This document shows positions 53,283 to 64,000 of a stretch of 64,000 nucleotides of DNA, one piece after another (positions within the stretch are counted from its first letter, which is position 1; each line of letters starts with the position of its first letter). Position numbers and translations under genes: made by a program. This DNA comes from Parachlamydiales bacterium (GTDB taxonomy: Bacteria; Chlamydiota; Chlamydiia; Chlamydiales; JABDDJ01), in contig JBAZCF010000008.1 of the NCBI GenBank assembly GCA_041671045.1, forward strand, positions 16,762-80,761, read 5' to 3'. The notes beneath the pieces are model-generated. The model ran no database searches, was not told where the DNA came from, and saw nothing but the letters and a program-made list of their open reading frames with translations.

Positions 53283-56200
53283 ATGTCTTTTGATGCGACA
53301 AGTATTCAAAACGCTATACGCACAGGGGAACTCAACGGTACCTCTTTTGATAAACTCATGCGTAATCAGGAATTTCTAAATTCAGATGACCTCTATAGCG
53401 TGGCTGTAGCAATTATCCATTCCTATTCTAATAATACGGATATGCCCGCCATTAAGAGAGCGTACGATATACTCGAAAATACGAGTGTTAAAAGCCTGCC
53501 TGTAAATCAGAGGGGCATTATCAGCTATATCTCGATGTGGAGCTATAACAGCGTCAAAAGCAAATCTGAACAAATTATGTCTACAAACTTCTCCGACTAT
53601 CTTCAAACGATAGTGACGACACAGACGACGGGTATCGACCTTGAAAAAAAATTGGTTCGTCATGACAAACAGGTTGAGTCGTTTTTAAAGACTCTGGGCA
53701 TACCTGCAAGTGAATGGCAAGAATTGAAATTGTTGATAGCCCAGCGTAAGGAAGGGAGTGCTATTCACTTATGGAATAGAATCATTGCAGAAGTTAGGGA
53801 GCAAAATCCCGGATTATTTTCAGGAACTAAAGATGTAGAAGATTTTCTTTTAGGGCACAAAACCGTCCAACATTTAGTTAAACCTGCTAGCATACTGCAG
53901 GCACGTTTTATTGCTATTTTTCCTAAAATTCCCCAGGCAGAAATTTTACCACAACATCTTGATGCCTGGTCAAAAATCCAGTTAAGCCTATTGAAGGGGG
54001 ATGATCAAAGTTTTAAACAACTTTTAGAGAATAGCAATATTACTCATATGGATGATTGGGATAACTATTTTATGACCTCTTCCACGTCGGATATAATTGA
54101 ATCCCCCGCAACAACAATCAGCTACACCCTATTCAATACATCTAAGGATAATGTACAGCTCGCTCCCGGAAGAGTACGCCCTGTGACTCTAGACAATAGC
54201 CTATATTTTGCCGCTGCAACACCTACAAATGAGATTGAATCTATTTTATTTTTTGAAGATGCTTCAGTACATAACATCAGCGTTATTGTAGACTTGCGAG
54301 GCGAATTTGAATTACCTAATAAATTCCTTCCTTCTGAGGTAGGGGAAAAATTAAATGGAATAGAACTTTTAGAAATCAAACATGAAAAAATTCCCCGCCC
54401 TTCTGACGCTGAAGATAGTCTCCAAGAAGTTATAAGGGCTACAGTTAAAGTGACCTCAAGAGATGGAACCGAAAAAAAATATCAGATATTACGTCTTAGA
54501 AATTGGGTGCCCAACGCCCCTCCTGATCCTGAAGCATTACAATATGTCAGTCGTGAAGCTGCTAAAATAGAGAAGCAGACAAAAGGCAAATTATTGGTTA
54601 CTTCTACCAAAGCCTTATCTCGCGTACCAGCCTTCTTGATCTATCATCACGTCTCTGAAAGCAATGATCTTACCTTGAGAAAAATATATGAAACTTATGA
54701 TCAATATACTTGGTCTGTTCCGGAAAAATTCTCTCATCATCTAGATAGAATACTAAAAGCATTAAAGATTAATTCTGAGGAAGATGATTTCGATTTTGAG
54801 CTATTACAAGATGAAGCGAATACAACACATAGTCAGCCTCTACAAAAGAACCTTCATCTAAATCCCTTTCTTGAAGGGCTAGAGCCCTCAAAACAACAAT
54901 TGTGTGCTTTGGCAGTAGCAGGTTTGCCTTCTCCCTATTATTTGAACTTTCTAAGTAGTAATAACATTACTTACAAGGAATTGGAAAATAGATTCAGAGA
55001 AAAATATCCTAAGCAAGAACCCTCGATTGAATCCATCATGTCAACCCTAGTCAATTCTAAATTATTTATTGAGCTATTTCCTGAACAGATTCCTAAGCTT
55101 AACACGTTTGAAAATATGATTTTACTTCCTCCTGAGCAACTTGTCAAAATATTGCGCGCCGAGGAACTACCTGAGAGTTTAATTAAGCAGCTTTACATTC
55201 ACTTTAGCCATAAGAAAACAGATAATGATTCGGAGAAAAAGCTACTTTTACTGGAGCTTGTGCATTCCCTACCTGAAATGCAGAAAGATTCAAAAAAAAT
55301 CGATGCAGCGGCTAAAATTAGTACTGCAGAGGAATGTTTAACCAGAATAGAAGCATTTGTAAGTGGCATTCAGACATTCACGCATCTTACTATTCAGGGT
55401 AAATCTGTTGCAGAATCTCTGGGGAATGCTTTTTATACCGAACTGTACCCGGGTGCTTTCCTAGAAATGCCTGGGACAGAACTTGAAGTTTTAGAAGACC
55501 TTTTTGACATTCTAAAAGACTCCCCTGTGGATGCCCGTAATATAGAACCACGCCTGAAAGCTCTGATACGCACACTAAATACTTTACACTCAGAAGAAAA
55601 TCCCAATAAAGATGTACAGACAGCTCATACCCTGGTTAATAGAATGGCTTCCTTAAAGGGTGCAGACATTGCAGGAAAATATGACAGAGGGTTTGCCCAA
55701 AGGATTTTTGGAGAAGGATACACATCTATGAATGATGTCATCCGCGATATTAATGACGGAAAGTTGGCCCTTCCACCTCTGCCTTATAATGAAATGCTTA
55801 CATTCCTGCAAACATTTGGAAGTAGAATTGTAAGATTTAAGATGCTTACGTTTATGAATGCTGTCATCCGCGATATTAATGACGGAAAGTTGACCCTTCC
55901 ACCTCTGCCTTATAATGAACTGCTTACATTCCTACAAACATTTGGAAGTAGAATTGTAAGATTTAAGATGCTTGCGTTCGGTATGGAGAACTTGAAATGC
56001 GATCAGTATGTCCAACTGTTGAAATGTTGTCCGGGCCTTATGCATATCCACGTAAATACTCCCCAGGATAAATATGAAGCTGCACAAGTTTCTAACCTCC
56101 TCCAAGAGATAGGTAAAAGGGAACACCTTAAAACACTCTATTTAAACGGTATTATCTTTGGTCCGAAAGATGTAGAGAGGCTCTTCGGATCACCTAAGAA

Positions 56201-56984
56201 AGAATTAGAAGTGTTGAGTTATATATCCGATAGTTTAAGTGATGAAGGTGCTGCTGCTCTTGCCAAACATATTCCACAACTAACAAATTTAATAGAGCTT
56301 TCACTTTACACGAGCATGGCCCCTCAGAATGCGGTGGATATTGTTAAAGGGCTAAGAAATTTATCAAGATTTAAGACATTGGCTTTAGCACGTTTAGACC
56401 TTAGAAATCATCAAATTGAAATGGCGCAGAAAATAGGGGCCCTCACAAACTTAGAAACGTTGAATTTACGAGGAAATGTTCTAGAAGATGTTGGAGTATC
56501 TGCGCTTGCAGAACAGTTGCAGTATTTGAATAAATTAAAAGAGCTCCACTTATTTAATAATGGTATTGGAGATTCCGGAATTCAAAAACTTGCAGAAAAT
56601 TTGCAGCAACTCCCGGAGTTAGAAATTTTAAATATTTCAGATAATAACATCAGCGATAGCGGTATAAAACAACTGGCCGATAAACTTAATCCTGCATTAA
56701 ATATTCTTAAAATAAGCGACAACAAGATTTCGGATGAGGGGGCAAACGCTATAATAAGTAAGTTGCAATTTGTTAACTCATTAACTGAGTTAGACATAAG
56801 AAATAACAACCTCAGCGAGAATGTTATTCGAAATTTATTTAATCAATTTTTAATTCATCCACACTTAAGTAAAATGTCCGTCTTCCCTTCAGTTTTTCCG
56901 GGAACAGTAAATGAAACATTGTTAAAAAATGAATTTGAAGTGAAAAAAAAGGAAGCCATTAATAAAAACAAAGTGATTGAATAG
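53283..56984 (+). CDS. family member C: shared N-terminal module + PTP-like domain (Ser at Cys position) + helical region with 42-aa tandem duplication + RNI-type LRRs
   Basis: 1233 aa; AAGGAGGGG 4 nt before the ATG; see findings. Confidence 0.85.
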   Translation: MSFDATSIQNAIRTGELNGTSFDKLMRNQEFLNSDDLYSVAVAIIHSYSNNTDMPAIKRAYDILENTSVKSLPVNQRGIISYISMWSYNSVKSKSEQIMSTNFSDYLQTIVTTQTTGIDLEKKLVRHDKQVESFLKTLGIPASEWQELKLLIAQRKEGSAIHLWNRIIAEVREQNPGLFSGTKDVEDFLLGHKTVQHLVKPASILQARFIAIFPKIPQAEILPQHLDAWSKIQLSLLKGDDQSFKQLLENSNITHMDDWDNYFMTSSTSDIIESPATTISYTLFNTSKDNVQLAPGRVRPVTLDNSLYFAAATPTNEIESILFFEDASVHNISVIVDLRGEFELPNKFLPSEVGEKLNGIELLEIKHEKIPRPSDAEDSLQEVIRATVKVTSRDGTEKKYQILRLRNWVPNAPPDPEALQYVSREAAKIEKQTKGKLLVTSTKALSRVPAFLIYHHVSESNDLTLRKIYETYDQYTWSVPEKFSHHLDRILKALKINSEEDDFDFELLQDEANTTHSQPLQKNLHLNPFLEGLEPSKQQLCALAVAGLPSPYYLNFLSSNNITYKELENRFREKYPKQEPSIESIMSTLVNSKLFIELFPEQIPKLNTFENMILLPPEQLVKILRAEELPESLIKQLYIHFSHKKTDNDSEKKLLLLELVHSLPEMQKDSKKIDAAAKISTAEECLTRIEAFVSGIQTFTHLTIQGKSVAESLGNAFYTELYPGAFLEMPGTELEVLEDLFDILKDSPVDARNIEPRLKALIRTLNTLHSEENPNKDVQTAHTLVNRMASLKGADIAGKYDRGFAQRIFGEGYTSMNDVIRDINDGKLALPPLPYNEMLTFLQTFGSRIVRFKMLTFMNAVIRDINDGKLTLPPLPYNELLTFLQTFGSRIVRFKMLAFGMENLKCDQYVQLLKCCPGLMHIHVNTPQDKYEAAQVSNLLQEIGKREHLKTLYLNGIIFGPKDVERLFGSPKKELEVLSYISDSLSDEGAAALAKHIPQLTNLIELSLYTSMAPQNAVDIVKGLRNLSRFKTLALARLDLRNHQIEMAQKIGALTNLETLNLRGNVLEDVGVSALAEQLQYLNKLKELHLFNNGIGDSGIQKLAENLQQLPELEILNISDNNISDSGIKQLADKLNPALNILKISDNKISDEGANAIISKLQFVNSLTELDIRNNNLSENVIRNLFNQFLIHPHLSKMSVFPSVFPGTVNETLLKNEFEVKKKEAINKNKVIE
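55728..55979 (+). repeat. in-frame tandem duplication, 2 x 126 bp, about six mismatches
   Basis: [42 protein letters not shown] / [42 protein letters not shown]. Confidence 0.95.
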
Positions 56985-56992
56985 GAGCCACT

Positions 56993-57847
56993 ATGCAGAA
57001 ATTTCATAAACTTACCCCCCAGGAAGAGCATATTATCTCCCAAAAAGGGACTGAAGCTCCGGGCAGTGGCAAATACAATACTTTTTCAGAACCAGGCATT
57101 TATACCTGCAAACGTTGCGATACTCCACTGTATCTTTCCTCCCACAAATTTTCCTCGGGATGCGGCTGGCCAAGTTTTGACGATGAGTTACCCGGCGCTG
57201 TCTTACGTCATTTGGATGCGGATGGAGAACGTGAAGAAATACTTTGCAAACATTGCGGAGCGCATCTAGGTCATGTTTTCATGGGTGAAGGCTATACCCA
57301 CAAAGATACGCGTCATTGTGTTAATTCCATTTCTATGTCCTTCATTCCTGCGTTTACGTCCGAAGGGTATGAAAAAGCCATTTTTGCTGGCGGCTGTTTT
57401 TGGGGAGTGGAGTCTATGATGGAAAAACTGCCCGGGGTGATGAAAACTACAGTGGGATATATAGGAGGGACTACCATTAATCCCACATACGAAGAAGTAT
57501 GCACCGGACAAACAGGGCACGCAGAAGCAATTGAGGTCATTTTTGATAGGGATAAAACTTCTTTTGAGGCCATAGCCAAATATTTCTTTGAGCTGCATGA
57601 TCCTACACAGTCGATGCGGCAAGGACCTGATATAGGGACGCAATATAGATCAGGAGTATTTTATCTATCGGAAGCCCAACGGACCATTGCACAAAAACTC
57701 ATTAAGATATTGAAAGACAGAGGTTTAAATATTTCAACCGAAGTAACGGCTGCGGGACCTTTCTATCCGGCAGAAAAATATCATCAAAAATACTACGATG
57801 TCACAGGAAAACATCCTTATTGTCATCATTACACTAAGCGCTTTTAA
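56993..57847 (+). CDS. msrAB: bifunctional methionine sulfoxide reductase MsrB-MsrA fusion
   Basis: MsrB: [34 protein letters not shown]; MsrA: [24 protein letters not shown]. Confidence 0.9.
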   Translation: MQKFHKLTPQEEHIISQKGTEAPGSGKYNTFSEPGIYTCKRCDTPLYLSSHKFSSGCGWPSFDDELPGAVLRHLDADGEREEILCKHCGAHLGHVFMGEGYTHKDTRHCVNSISMSFIPAFTSEGYEKAIFAGGCFWGVESMMEKLPGVMKTTVGYIGGTTINPTYEEVCTGQTGHAEAIEVIFDRDKTSFEAIAKYFFELHDPTQSMRQGPDIGTQYRSGVFYLSEAQRTIAQKLIKILKDRGLNISTEVTAAGPFYPAEKYHQKYYDVTGKHPYCHHYTKRF

Positions 57848-57922
57848 GCATTTTTTTTCTCCGTACTTGACTTATTCAAGAAATCTTTAATACCTTGAGT
57901 TAATTCAAATCGGAGACACCTA

Positions 57923-58942
57923 ATGGCATCCGCTACCCATCTATTTTCGCTTGGAAAAATAAAGCCCCAGACAATCCGATCGGGAGGAAGCAGGACTGAT
58001 GTCACCGTTCAACAATTACCCATATTGAATGGGCTTTCTTTATCCTATTTAGTTTTAGAACAAAAGGGAGTGCGCGAACCGCATTGGCATCCGAATGCTA
58101 ACGAATTAAGTTATTGTGTTGAAGGATCCGCCTTAATGACCATCTTTACGCCTGGTGCGGGACATGACACATTTACCATTACTGCAGGGGAAATTGTTTT
58201 TGTTCCGATGGGAGCTTTGCACCATATAGTCAATACAGGCGAAAAACCGTTTAAGCTTCTCATTTGTTTTGATAGTGAAACTCCAGAAGATCTAGACCTG
58301 TCCGCCGGTATCTCCGTGATGCCTGACCACATATTAGCGGCGACCTTTAGTGTGAACGAGAGCTTATTTAGCAAGCTTCCTAAAGAACCAAAAAGCGTAT
58401 TCATCACAACTCTTGAAGAACCGGAAAAGCCGCCAATCCCATTCATTACTAATCGCTTTAAAATGGCGCTCGATGCAGAAAATCCCCAAATTCAGACGAA
58501 AGGCGGCTGGGTAAAGATGAGCAATCAATTCCTCTTACCGACTTTGCAAGGAATTTCTATTTATGGCGTGTCCTTGAATAAACTAGGTGCAAGAGAACCC
58601 CATTGGCATCCGAATGCTGCAGAGCTAAACTACCTTATTGAAGGCACTGCCCGCATTACCCTGCTATCTCCGGGGGGCTCTGCAGATACATTTGATATGG
58701 TAGCAGGCGACATGAGCTATATGCCCAAAGGTTATCTGCATCATATTGAGAATACCGGAGAAGATCCGGCTAAATTTGCTATTTTCTTCAATCATATAGC
58801 CCCCTCAGATATAGGGCTTTCGGGCTGCTTAGGGGCCTATCCTAATGATGTGCTCGCAGCCCTTTTCAAGGTACCGGCAGCCTATTTTGATAGTCTGCCA
58901 AAATATCAACAGGATTTATTTGTCATTAGCGGTGGAGGATAA
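57923..58942 (+). CDS. bicupin (germin / oxalate decarboxylase-oxidase-like)
   Basis: two cupin cores [20 protein letters not shown] and [20 protein letters not shown], each followed by a ...G.LHHI.NTGE... strand. Confidence 0.8.
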   Translation: MASATHLFSLGKIKPQTIRSGGSRTDVTVQQLPILNGLSLSYLVLEQKGVREPHWHPNANELSYCVEGSALMTIFTPGAGHDTFTITAGEIVFVPMGALHHIVNTGEKPFKLLICFDSETPEDLDLSAGISVMPDHILAATFSVNESLFSKLPKEPKSVFITTLEEPEKPPIPFITNRFKMALDAENPQIQTKGGWVKMSNQFLLPTLQGISIYGVSLNKLGAREPHWHPNAAELNYLIEGTARITLLSPGGSADTFDMVAGDMSYMPKGYLHHIENTGEDPAKFAIFFNHIAPSDIGLSGCLGAYPNDVLAALFKVPAAYFDSLPKYQQDLFVISGGG

Positions 58943-58943
58943 A

Positions 58944-60530
58944 ATGCCGGATCTAAAAGTGCCTGTAGAAACAGCGAAAAAGCCCTTGCCGGCAGAGGAA
59001 CATATCCTTACTCCACAAGCAGTGCAGTTCCTGATTAAGTTGCATGAAAAATTTGATCCGCGGCGCCTAGAACTTATCAAGTTGCGTGAACAGCGACAAA
59101 AGAAGCTGGATAGCGGTGAGCAGCCTCAATTTCTAAGCAGCACAGAAGACATTAGAAAAGACACCTCTTGGAAAGTGGCATCCACTCCCGACGACCTGCA
59201 GAGAAGATGGGTAGAAATCACAGGCCCCACAGATCGGAAGATGCTTATCAATGCTTTGAATTCCGGCGCTGATGTATTTATGGCCGATTTTGAAGATGCC
59301 AATGCCCCTACGTGGAAGAATATGCTCGAAGGCCAGCAGAACCTTTACGAAGCTGTGCGCGGCACTATAGGCTTCACCTCTGCCGAAGGGAAACAATATA
59401 AGCTCAATCCAACGACAGCCGTACTAATGGTCAGGCCGAGGGGATGGCATTTAGAGGAACATCACTTCCGGGTTAAGAACGCACCTATCGCAGGCTCACT
59501 CTTTGATTTTGGACTGTATTTCTTTCACAATGCCCAGGCATTAATTGACAAAGGAAGCGGTCCTTACTTCTACCTTCCGAAAATGGAAAACCATCTAGAA
59601 GCGCGTCTCTGGAATGAGGTATTCATTTTTGCCCAGCAAGAGCTTAATATCCCCAGAGGAACGATCCGTGCGACAGTATTGCTAGAGACTATTCTAGCAG
59701 CCTTTGAAATGGAGGAAATCCTCTATGAGTTGCGTGAACACTCTGCGGGGCTTAATGCGGGACGCTGGGACTATATCTTCAGCATCATCAAAAAATTTCA
59801 TGCACGCAAAGATTTTGTATTTCCGGATAGAGCGCTGATAGCAATGACAGTTCCCTTTATGCGGGCATATACACAGCTGCTCATTCAAACATGTCATCGA
59901 CGCGGGGCACACGCTCTCGGCGGTATGGCGGCTTTTATACCCAGCCGCAACGATCCGTCGGTCAATGAAATAGCATTATCCAAAGTGCGCGAAGATAAGG
60001 TGCGTGAATCCAGCGATGGATTTGATGGAACTTGGGTAGCGCACCCGGATTTAGTAAAGATCTCGCGCGATATATTTGAAAAGGCTTTACAGCAAAAACC
60101 CCATCAAAAAGAAAAAATCCCTAGTGGGACAGTCACAGCAGCAGAACTGGCTGACTTTAATATTCCCGGTGGAAAAATTTCTGAAGAAGGGATGCGCAAA
60201 AATATAAGTATAGCGTTGCAATATATCTATGCGTGGTTATCCGGAATTGGTGCTGCTGCTATCTACAACTTGATGGAGGATGTAGCGACAGCTGAGATCT
60301 CGCGTGCGCAATTATGGCAATGGCTGCATCACCCCGCAGCAACCTTAAAACTTGGTTTAGAAGTTAATATCGGATTATACAACCTGATAATAGACCAGGA
60401 AATGCTCAAGATGGCTGAAAATAGCGATCCAGAAAAGTTGAAAATCGCAAAAAAATTGCTGGATGAAGTTGTGCTGCCTGAGAGTTTTGTCTCCTTTCTT
60501 ACAATAAAAGCTTATAACCATTTACGGTAA
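58944..60530 (+). CDS. aceB: malate synthase A
   Basis: 528 aa from ATG 58944; [28 protein letters not shown]. Confidence 0.9.
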   Translation: MPDLKVPVETAKKPLPAEEHILTPQAVQFLIKLHEKFDPRRLELIKLREQRQKKLDSGEQPQFLSSTEDIRKDTSWKVASTPDDLQRRWVEITGPTDRKMLINALNSGADVFMADFEDANAPTWKNMLEGQQNLYEAVRGTIGFTSAEGKQYKLNPTTAVLMVRPRGWHLEEHHFRVKNAPIAGSLFDFGLYFFHNAQALIDKGSGPYFYLPKMENHLEARLWNEVFIFAQQELNIPRGTIRATVLLETILAAFEMEEILYELREHSAGLNAGRWDYIFSIIKKFHARKDFVFPDRALIAMTVPFMRAYTQLLIQTCHRRGAHALGGMAAFIPSRNDPSVNEIALSKVREDKVRESSDGFDGTWVAHPDLVKISRDIFEKALQQKPHQKEKIPSGTVTAAELADFNIPGGKISEEGMRKNISIALQYIYAWLSGIGAAAIYNLMEDVATAEISRAQLWQWLHHPAATLKLGLEVNIGLYNLIIDQEMLKMAENSDPEKLKIAKKLLDEVVLPESFVSFLTIKAYNHLR

Positions 60531-60536
60531 CAGATC

Positions 60537-61817
60537 ATGTACACACAAAAAGAAGTCGCTGCTATCGAGCAGGATTGGAAGACTAATCCCCGTTGGAAAG
60601 GTGTAGTAAGGCCGTATTCAGCAGAGAATATTGTCCAAATGAGAGGCTCATTACATATAGACTATACCCTTGCCACATTGGGTGCAGAAAAGTTATGGAA
60701 ATTGCTGAATACAGAGCCCTTTGTCAGGGCAATGGGGGCAATGACAGGTAATCAGGCCGTCCAGCAAGTGCAGGCGGGCCTAAAGGCAATCTATCTCAGC
60801 GGATGGCAGGTGGCGGCAGATGCCAATGACGCTGGTCAAACGTACCCCGATCAAAGCCTTTATCCCTATCTAAGCGTTCCTCATTTAATTACCCGCCTCT
60901 ACAATGCACTCATGCGAGCAGATCAGATAGAGCATATGCAGAATAAAGAACGCATTGACTGGTTTGTCCCCATCGTAGCAGATGCTGAAGCTGGATTTGG
61001 GGGTCCTTTAAACACTTTCGAGTCCATTCGCGCTATGATCATCGCAGGTGCTTCCGCCATCCATTTGGAAGACCAGATCTCATCCATGAAAAAATGCGGA
61101 CATATGGGTGGAAAAGTATTGGAGCCTATTCCCATCTGCATAGAGAAATTGATTGCAGCAAGATTGGCCGCAGATGTTCTAGGAGTGCCTACAGTCCTTA
61201 TTGCACGCACAGACGCTGAGTCTGCGGCCTATATCCGTTCAGAATCAGACGAGCTGGACAAAAAGTTCATTACAGGCGAAAGAACCTACGAAGGATTCTA
61301 TAAAATAAATGGCGGCATCGAATATGCCGTGAGGCGTGGATTAGCTTTTGCTCCGTACAGCGATGTCATCTGGTGTGAATCATCCAAACCTGATTTGGGT
61401 GAAGCAAAAGAGTTTGCTCAGGGGATACATGAAAAATATCCGGGAAAGATCCTTGCTTACAACTGCTCCCCTTCTTTCAATTGGCGGTTGAACCTTGACG
61501 AAAAAACGATTAGCACCTTCCAAGAGAAACTTGGTGAATTGGGTTATAAGTTCCAGTTTATCACTTTGGCAGGATTCCATTCCCTTAACGCAAGTATGTT
61601 TGACTTAGCCTTCAACTATGCCAAAACAGGCATGGCTGCCTATTCCAAATTCCAGCAGGAAGAGATGGAGTTAGAAAAAAATGGCGGATACAAGGCTTTA
61701 AAACACCAAAGTTTTGTAGGAGCCGGTTATTTTGACGAATTGCTTACCATTATATCAGAAGGTCGAGCCACATCCCATGCGTTGAAAGGCTCCACAGAAG
61801 AATCCCAGTTCATGTAG
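60537..61817 (+). CDS. aceA: isocitrate lyase
   Basis: KKCGHMGGK signature, [16 protein letters not shown]. Confidence 0.95.
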   Translation: MYTQKEVAAIEQDWKTNPRWKGVVRPYSAENIVQMRGSLHIDYTLATLGAEKLWKLLNTEPFVRAMGAMTGNQAVQQVQAGLKAIYLSGWQVAADANDAGQTYPDQSLYPYLSVPHLITRLYNALMRADQIEHMQNKERIDWFVPIVADAEAGFGGPLNTFESIRAMIIAGASAIHLEDQISSMKKCGHMGGKVLEPIPICIEKLIAARLAADVLGVPTVLIARTDAESAAYIRSESDELDKKFITGERTYEGFYKINGGIEYAVRRGLAFAPYSDVIWCESSKPDLGEAKEFAQGIHEKYPGKILAYNCSPSFNWRLNLDEKTISTFQEKLGELGYKFQFITLAGFHSLNASMFDLAFNYAKTGMAAYSKFQQEEMELEKNGGYKALKHQSFVGAGYFDELLTIISEGRATSHALKGSTEESQFM

Positions 61818-61828
61818 TCAACTTTTGT

Positions 61829-61872
61829 GTGCATAACAATAGAAGTTTTAAGGGCTTACTATTGTTATGCAC
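61829..61872 (+). terminator. 14-bp perfect stem hairpin followed by T-rich run, after aceA
   Basis: GTGCATAACAATAG (16-nt loop) CTATTGTTATGCAC then TTTCTCTCTTCATTTTC. Confidence 0.65.
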
Positions 61873-61919
61873 TTTCTCTCTTCATTTTCAAAAAGTCCAA
61901 ATTGGGCTATACTATTTGC

Positions 61920-62897
61920 ATGAACATGCTCCCCAAAGATAAAAATGGCTGTCCCTTCCTCATCTTAGCACCTATGGAAGGAGTCGGCGACCGTTGTTTC
62001 CGCAAAGCTATGGCTTCCATCGGCGGATTTGACGAAGCTGTCACCGAATTTATGCGAGTTCCATGCAACGCTCATGTTAAAAGCCTGGCAAAGCAATACC
62101 AAGCAGCAGAAACTCTGCCTATTCCCTTGGCGGCACAACTGATGGGGTCCGATCCGGATTTGATGGCAGATATGGCACGTGAAGTGGAAGTCCGCGGTGC
62201 TCCACGCATTGACTTGAACTGCGGCTGTCCATCCAACACGGTTACCGGAAGGGGTGCGGGATCTAGCTTATTGAAAGATCCGGAACTTTTGCACACTATC
62301 GCAAAGTCTATGGTGAAAGCTGTCTCTGTTCCTGTAACGGTAAAGATGCGATCCGGTTTTGAGGATACCACCTTATTCAGAGAGAATTTAGCTGCTGCAG
62401 AAGAAAGCGGCATTGGATTTCTTACATTACATCCACGCACAAAAGTGGAAGGCTACGGTCCACCAGCACGTTGGGATTTGATCGCAGAAGCAAAATCCCT
62501 ATTAAAAATCCCCATTGTTGGAAATGGAGACATTTTAACGACGGAAGATGCTGTAAGAATGTTAAAAGAAACCGCGTGTGATGCCCTGATGATAGGGAGA
62601 GGGAGTGTTATTAATCCCTTTATCTTCCATCAGGTACGATCAAACTTTTCGGGTGCTTCTTTTACGCCTTCCTGGGACAGCATTGTAATGTATTTTGATG
62701 TCTATTTGAATGAGATCACCCCTGAGACTCCGGAGAAAGGAAAAGTCAACAAGATGAAGCAGCTGATGGGATTTCTATTTAAAGGATCCGAAACGCTCCT
62801 CTCTATGCGTCAAAGCATATTAACATCTGCATATCCCGATGTTAATAGCTTTATGGAGTTTGCTTTGCCCTTACTACGTAAAGGCACAGCACTCTAA
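61920..62897 (+). CDS. dus: tRNA-dihydrouridine synthase
   Basis: LAPMEGVGD, IDLNCGCP, VTVKMRSG, LTLHPRT, GNGDI; start ATG 61920 or 61926. Confidence 0.85.
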   Translation: MNMLPKDKNGCPFLILAPMEGVGDRCFRKAMASIGGFDEAVTEFMRVPCNAHVKSLAKQYQAAETLPIPLAAQLMGSDPDLMADMAREVEVRGAPRIDLNCGCPSNTVTGRGAGSSLLKDPELLHTIAKSMVKAVSVPVTVKMRSGFEDTTLFRENLAAAEESGIGFLTLHPRTKVEGYGPPARWDLIAEAKSLLKIPIVGNGDILTTEDAVRMLKETACDALMIGRGSVINPFIFHQVRSNFSGASFTPSWDSIVMYFDVYLNEITPETPEKGKVNKMKQLMGFLFKGSETLLSMRQSILTSAYPDVNSFMEFALPLLRKGTAL

Positions 62898-62904
62898 ACC
62901 AATC

Positions 62905-64000
62905 TTACGCTCTGATAAAGTCGATATATCCGAAGAACACGTCTGTATGTACCAGTTTTACTCTAAGCTTGTCCCCTACATCCAGGCCTTTTGTTCCTCT
63001 GACGAGCTTTCCTTCAATCGGTGGATTAGACAGACGCACCCATGTTCCCCTTTCACTTGCTCCCGTAACAATTGCGGGGAATTCTTTTCCTATCATGCTT
63101 GAGAGATAAAGCGCTGCGGCAGACTTCATCATTTTCCGCTCTACCTTATTGGAATCATTCTCTTTCTGCGTACACTGTGCAGCAATATCCATAAGCTCAT
63201 CTTTAGTATAAGGGAGCTCTTCTCCAAAAAAATGACTTTTTAGTAGACGCTGCATGACTACATCCGGAAAACGCCGATTAGGTGCTGTGGTATGTGCATA
63301 GATGATCAAGGCTAAATCGAAGTGTCCCGGAGATTCTTCATTAGGAAACCCGGCATAATATTCTCCTTTTCCAATCAGTTTTATGAGTGCTAAAGATAGT
63401 TCAGGAAAGTTATCTGCGTTTTCTTGGCTTTGTTTAAGCAGGAATAGCCGCAATGCCTTCGAGTCTGGTTCGGGAGGCAAGTCTGTTCCATATTCCTTAA
63501 CTAATTGTACTATTCTGTCCCATCTATCAGGTGTTCTTACTATACGTCTTAATGTGGGGAGGCCTTTGTCTATCAAGAAGTTTGTCACAGCTACATTCGC
63601 TGAGATCATAAAATTCTCGATTAACTTATGCGCACGGTTGTGTTCAGCTGTTTTAACATCGACAACTTTTGAATTCACGATGATAGGTTTTAACTCTGAG
63701 CTTGCAAATGTCAATGCCCCTTCTTGATCGCGAAAGGCTTGAATGCGTTGCGCAAGCATATCCTGTAATATAATTTGCTCTTTGATACCTTTCATTTGCA
63801 TGAATGTATCCGGTAGGGACTTCCCGTTTTCAATGAAATCCCCCACAAAGCTATATGCCATCTTGGCATAGTTATGGACCCAGGCTAAATGGATGTTTTG
63901 GGGAATAAACTCCCCTGATTTATCAACAAAAATTTCTACGACAACTGCACAACGATCCACGTCAGGATTAAGGGAGGTAAGATTGGTGGATAATTTAGGA
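62905..64000 (-). CDS. RNase II/R-family 3'-5' exoribonuclease, C-terminal part (RNB + S1); 5' end lies beyond the window
   Basis: YAHTTAPNRRFPDVVMQRLL (RNB motif), C-terminal S1-like GTWVRLSNPPIEGKL. Confidence 0.8.
   Translation of the reverse strand, partial: PKLSTNLTSLNPDVDRCAVVVEIFVDKSGEFIPQNIHLAWVHNYAKMAYSFVGDFIENGKSLPDTFMQMKGIKEQIILQDMLAQRIQAFRDQEGALTFASSELKPIIVNSKVVDVKTAEHNRAHKLIENFMISANVAVTNFLIDKGLPTLRRIVRTPDRWDRIVQLVKEYGTDLPPEPDSKALRLFLLKQSQENADNFPELSLALIKLIGKGEYYAGFPNEESPGHFDLALIIYAHTTAPNRRFPDVVMQRLLKSHFFGEELPYTKDELMDIAAQCTQKENDSNKVERKMMKSAAALYLSSMIGKEFPAIVTGASERGTWVRLSNPPIEGKLVRGTKGLDVGDKLRVKLVHTDVFFGYIDFIRA

Noticed and set aside
55728-55979. Tandem repeats here and at 16393-16727 as possible CRISPR arrays
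   Set aside because: Both lie in-frame inside coding sequence. The units are directly adjacent with no unique spacers, and no cas genes are present in the window.

Overview
AT-rich bacterial chromosomal window, densely coding, with about 65 CDS on both strands. I saw no rRNA, tRNA, CRISPR array, transposase or integrase.

Housekeeping and metabolic genes: two aldo/keto reductases, cyclophilin, ArfB, RpiB, quinone oxidoreductase, UPRTase, TerC, an SDR, dodecin, thiamine pyrophosphokinase, an RlmK-like methyltransferase, aquaporin, a polar amino-acid ABC transporter, MsrB-MsrA, a bicupin-aceB-aceA glyoxylate-shunt operon, Dus and a 5'-truncated RNase II/R.

There is also an unusually high load of eukaryote-like or host-interaction-type domains: a minimal SET domain, a Myb/SANT-like tail, prolyl 4-hydroxylase, a DDAH-like amidinotransferase and RNI-type leucine-rich repeats. 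This mix suggests an amoeba-associated intracellular bacterium, possibly an environmental chlamydia (Parachlamydiaceae-like). That is inference only; no search was run.

Most interesting signals:
1. A four-member paralogous family of large proteins (6045-7859 minus, 38979-42251, 50876-53269, 53283-56984) shares an N-terminal module.
   - Three members carry a domain whose motif order matches classical protein tyrosine phosphatases, but with Ser in place of the catalytic Cys in all three.
   - Three members end in LRRs.
   - One member contains a near-perfect 126-bp in-frame tandem duplication.
2. A sensor-less BlaI/BlaR1-like pair is accompanied by four copies of an ACTAC-N4-GTAGT dyad. Three of the copies are stacked in front of a downstream methyltransferase gene.
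3. A Ku-LigD NHEJ module has its ligD reading frame cut by a single in-frame TAG exactly where the conserved Trp of the E-W-T motif is expected.
4. Two secreted WxxGxW-repeat proteins carry Gly/His-rich tails.
5. A LuxR-type regulator has an autoinducer-binding-like N-domain and no synthase gene nearby.

All functional calls come from motif recognition by eye and need database or structure confirmation.
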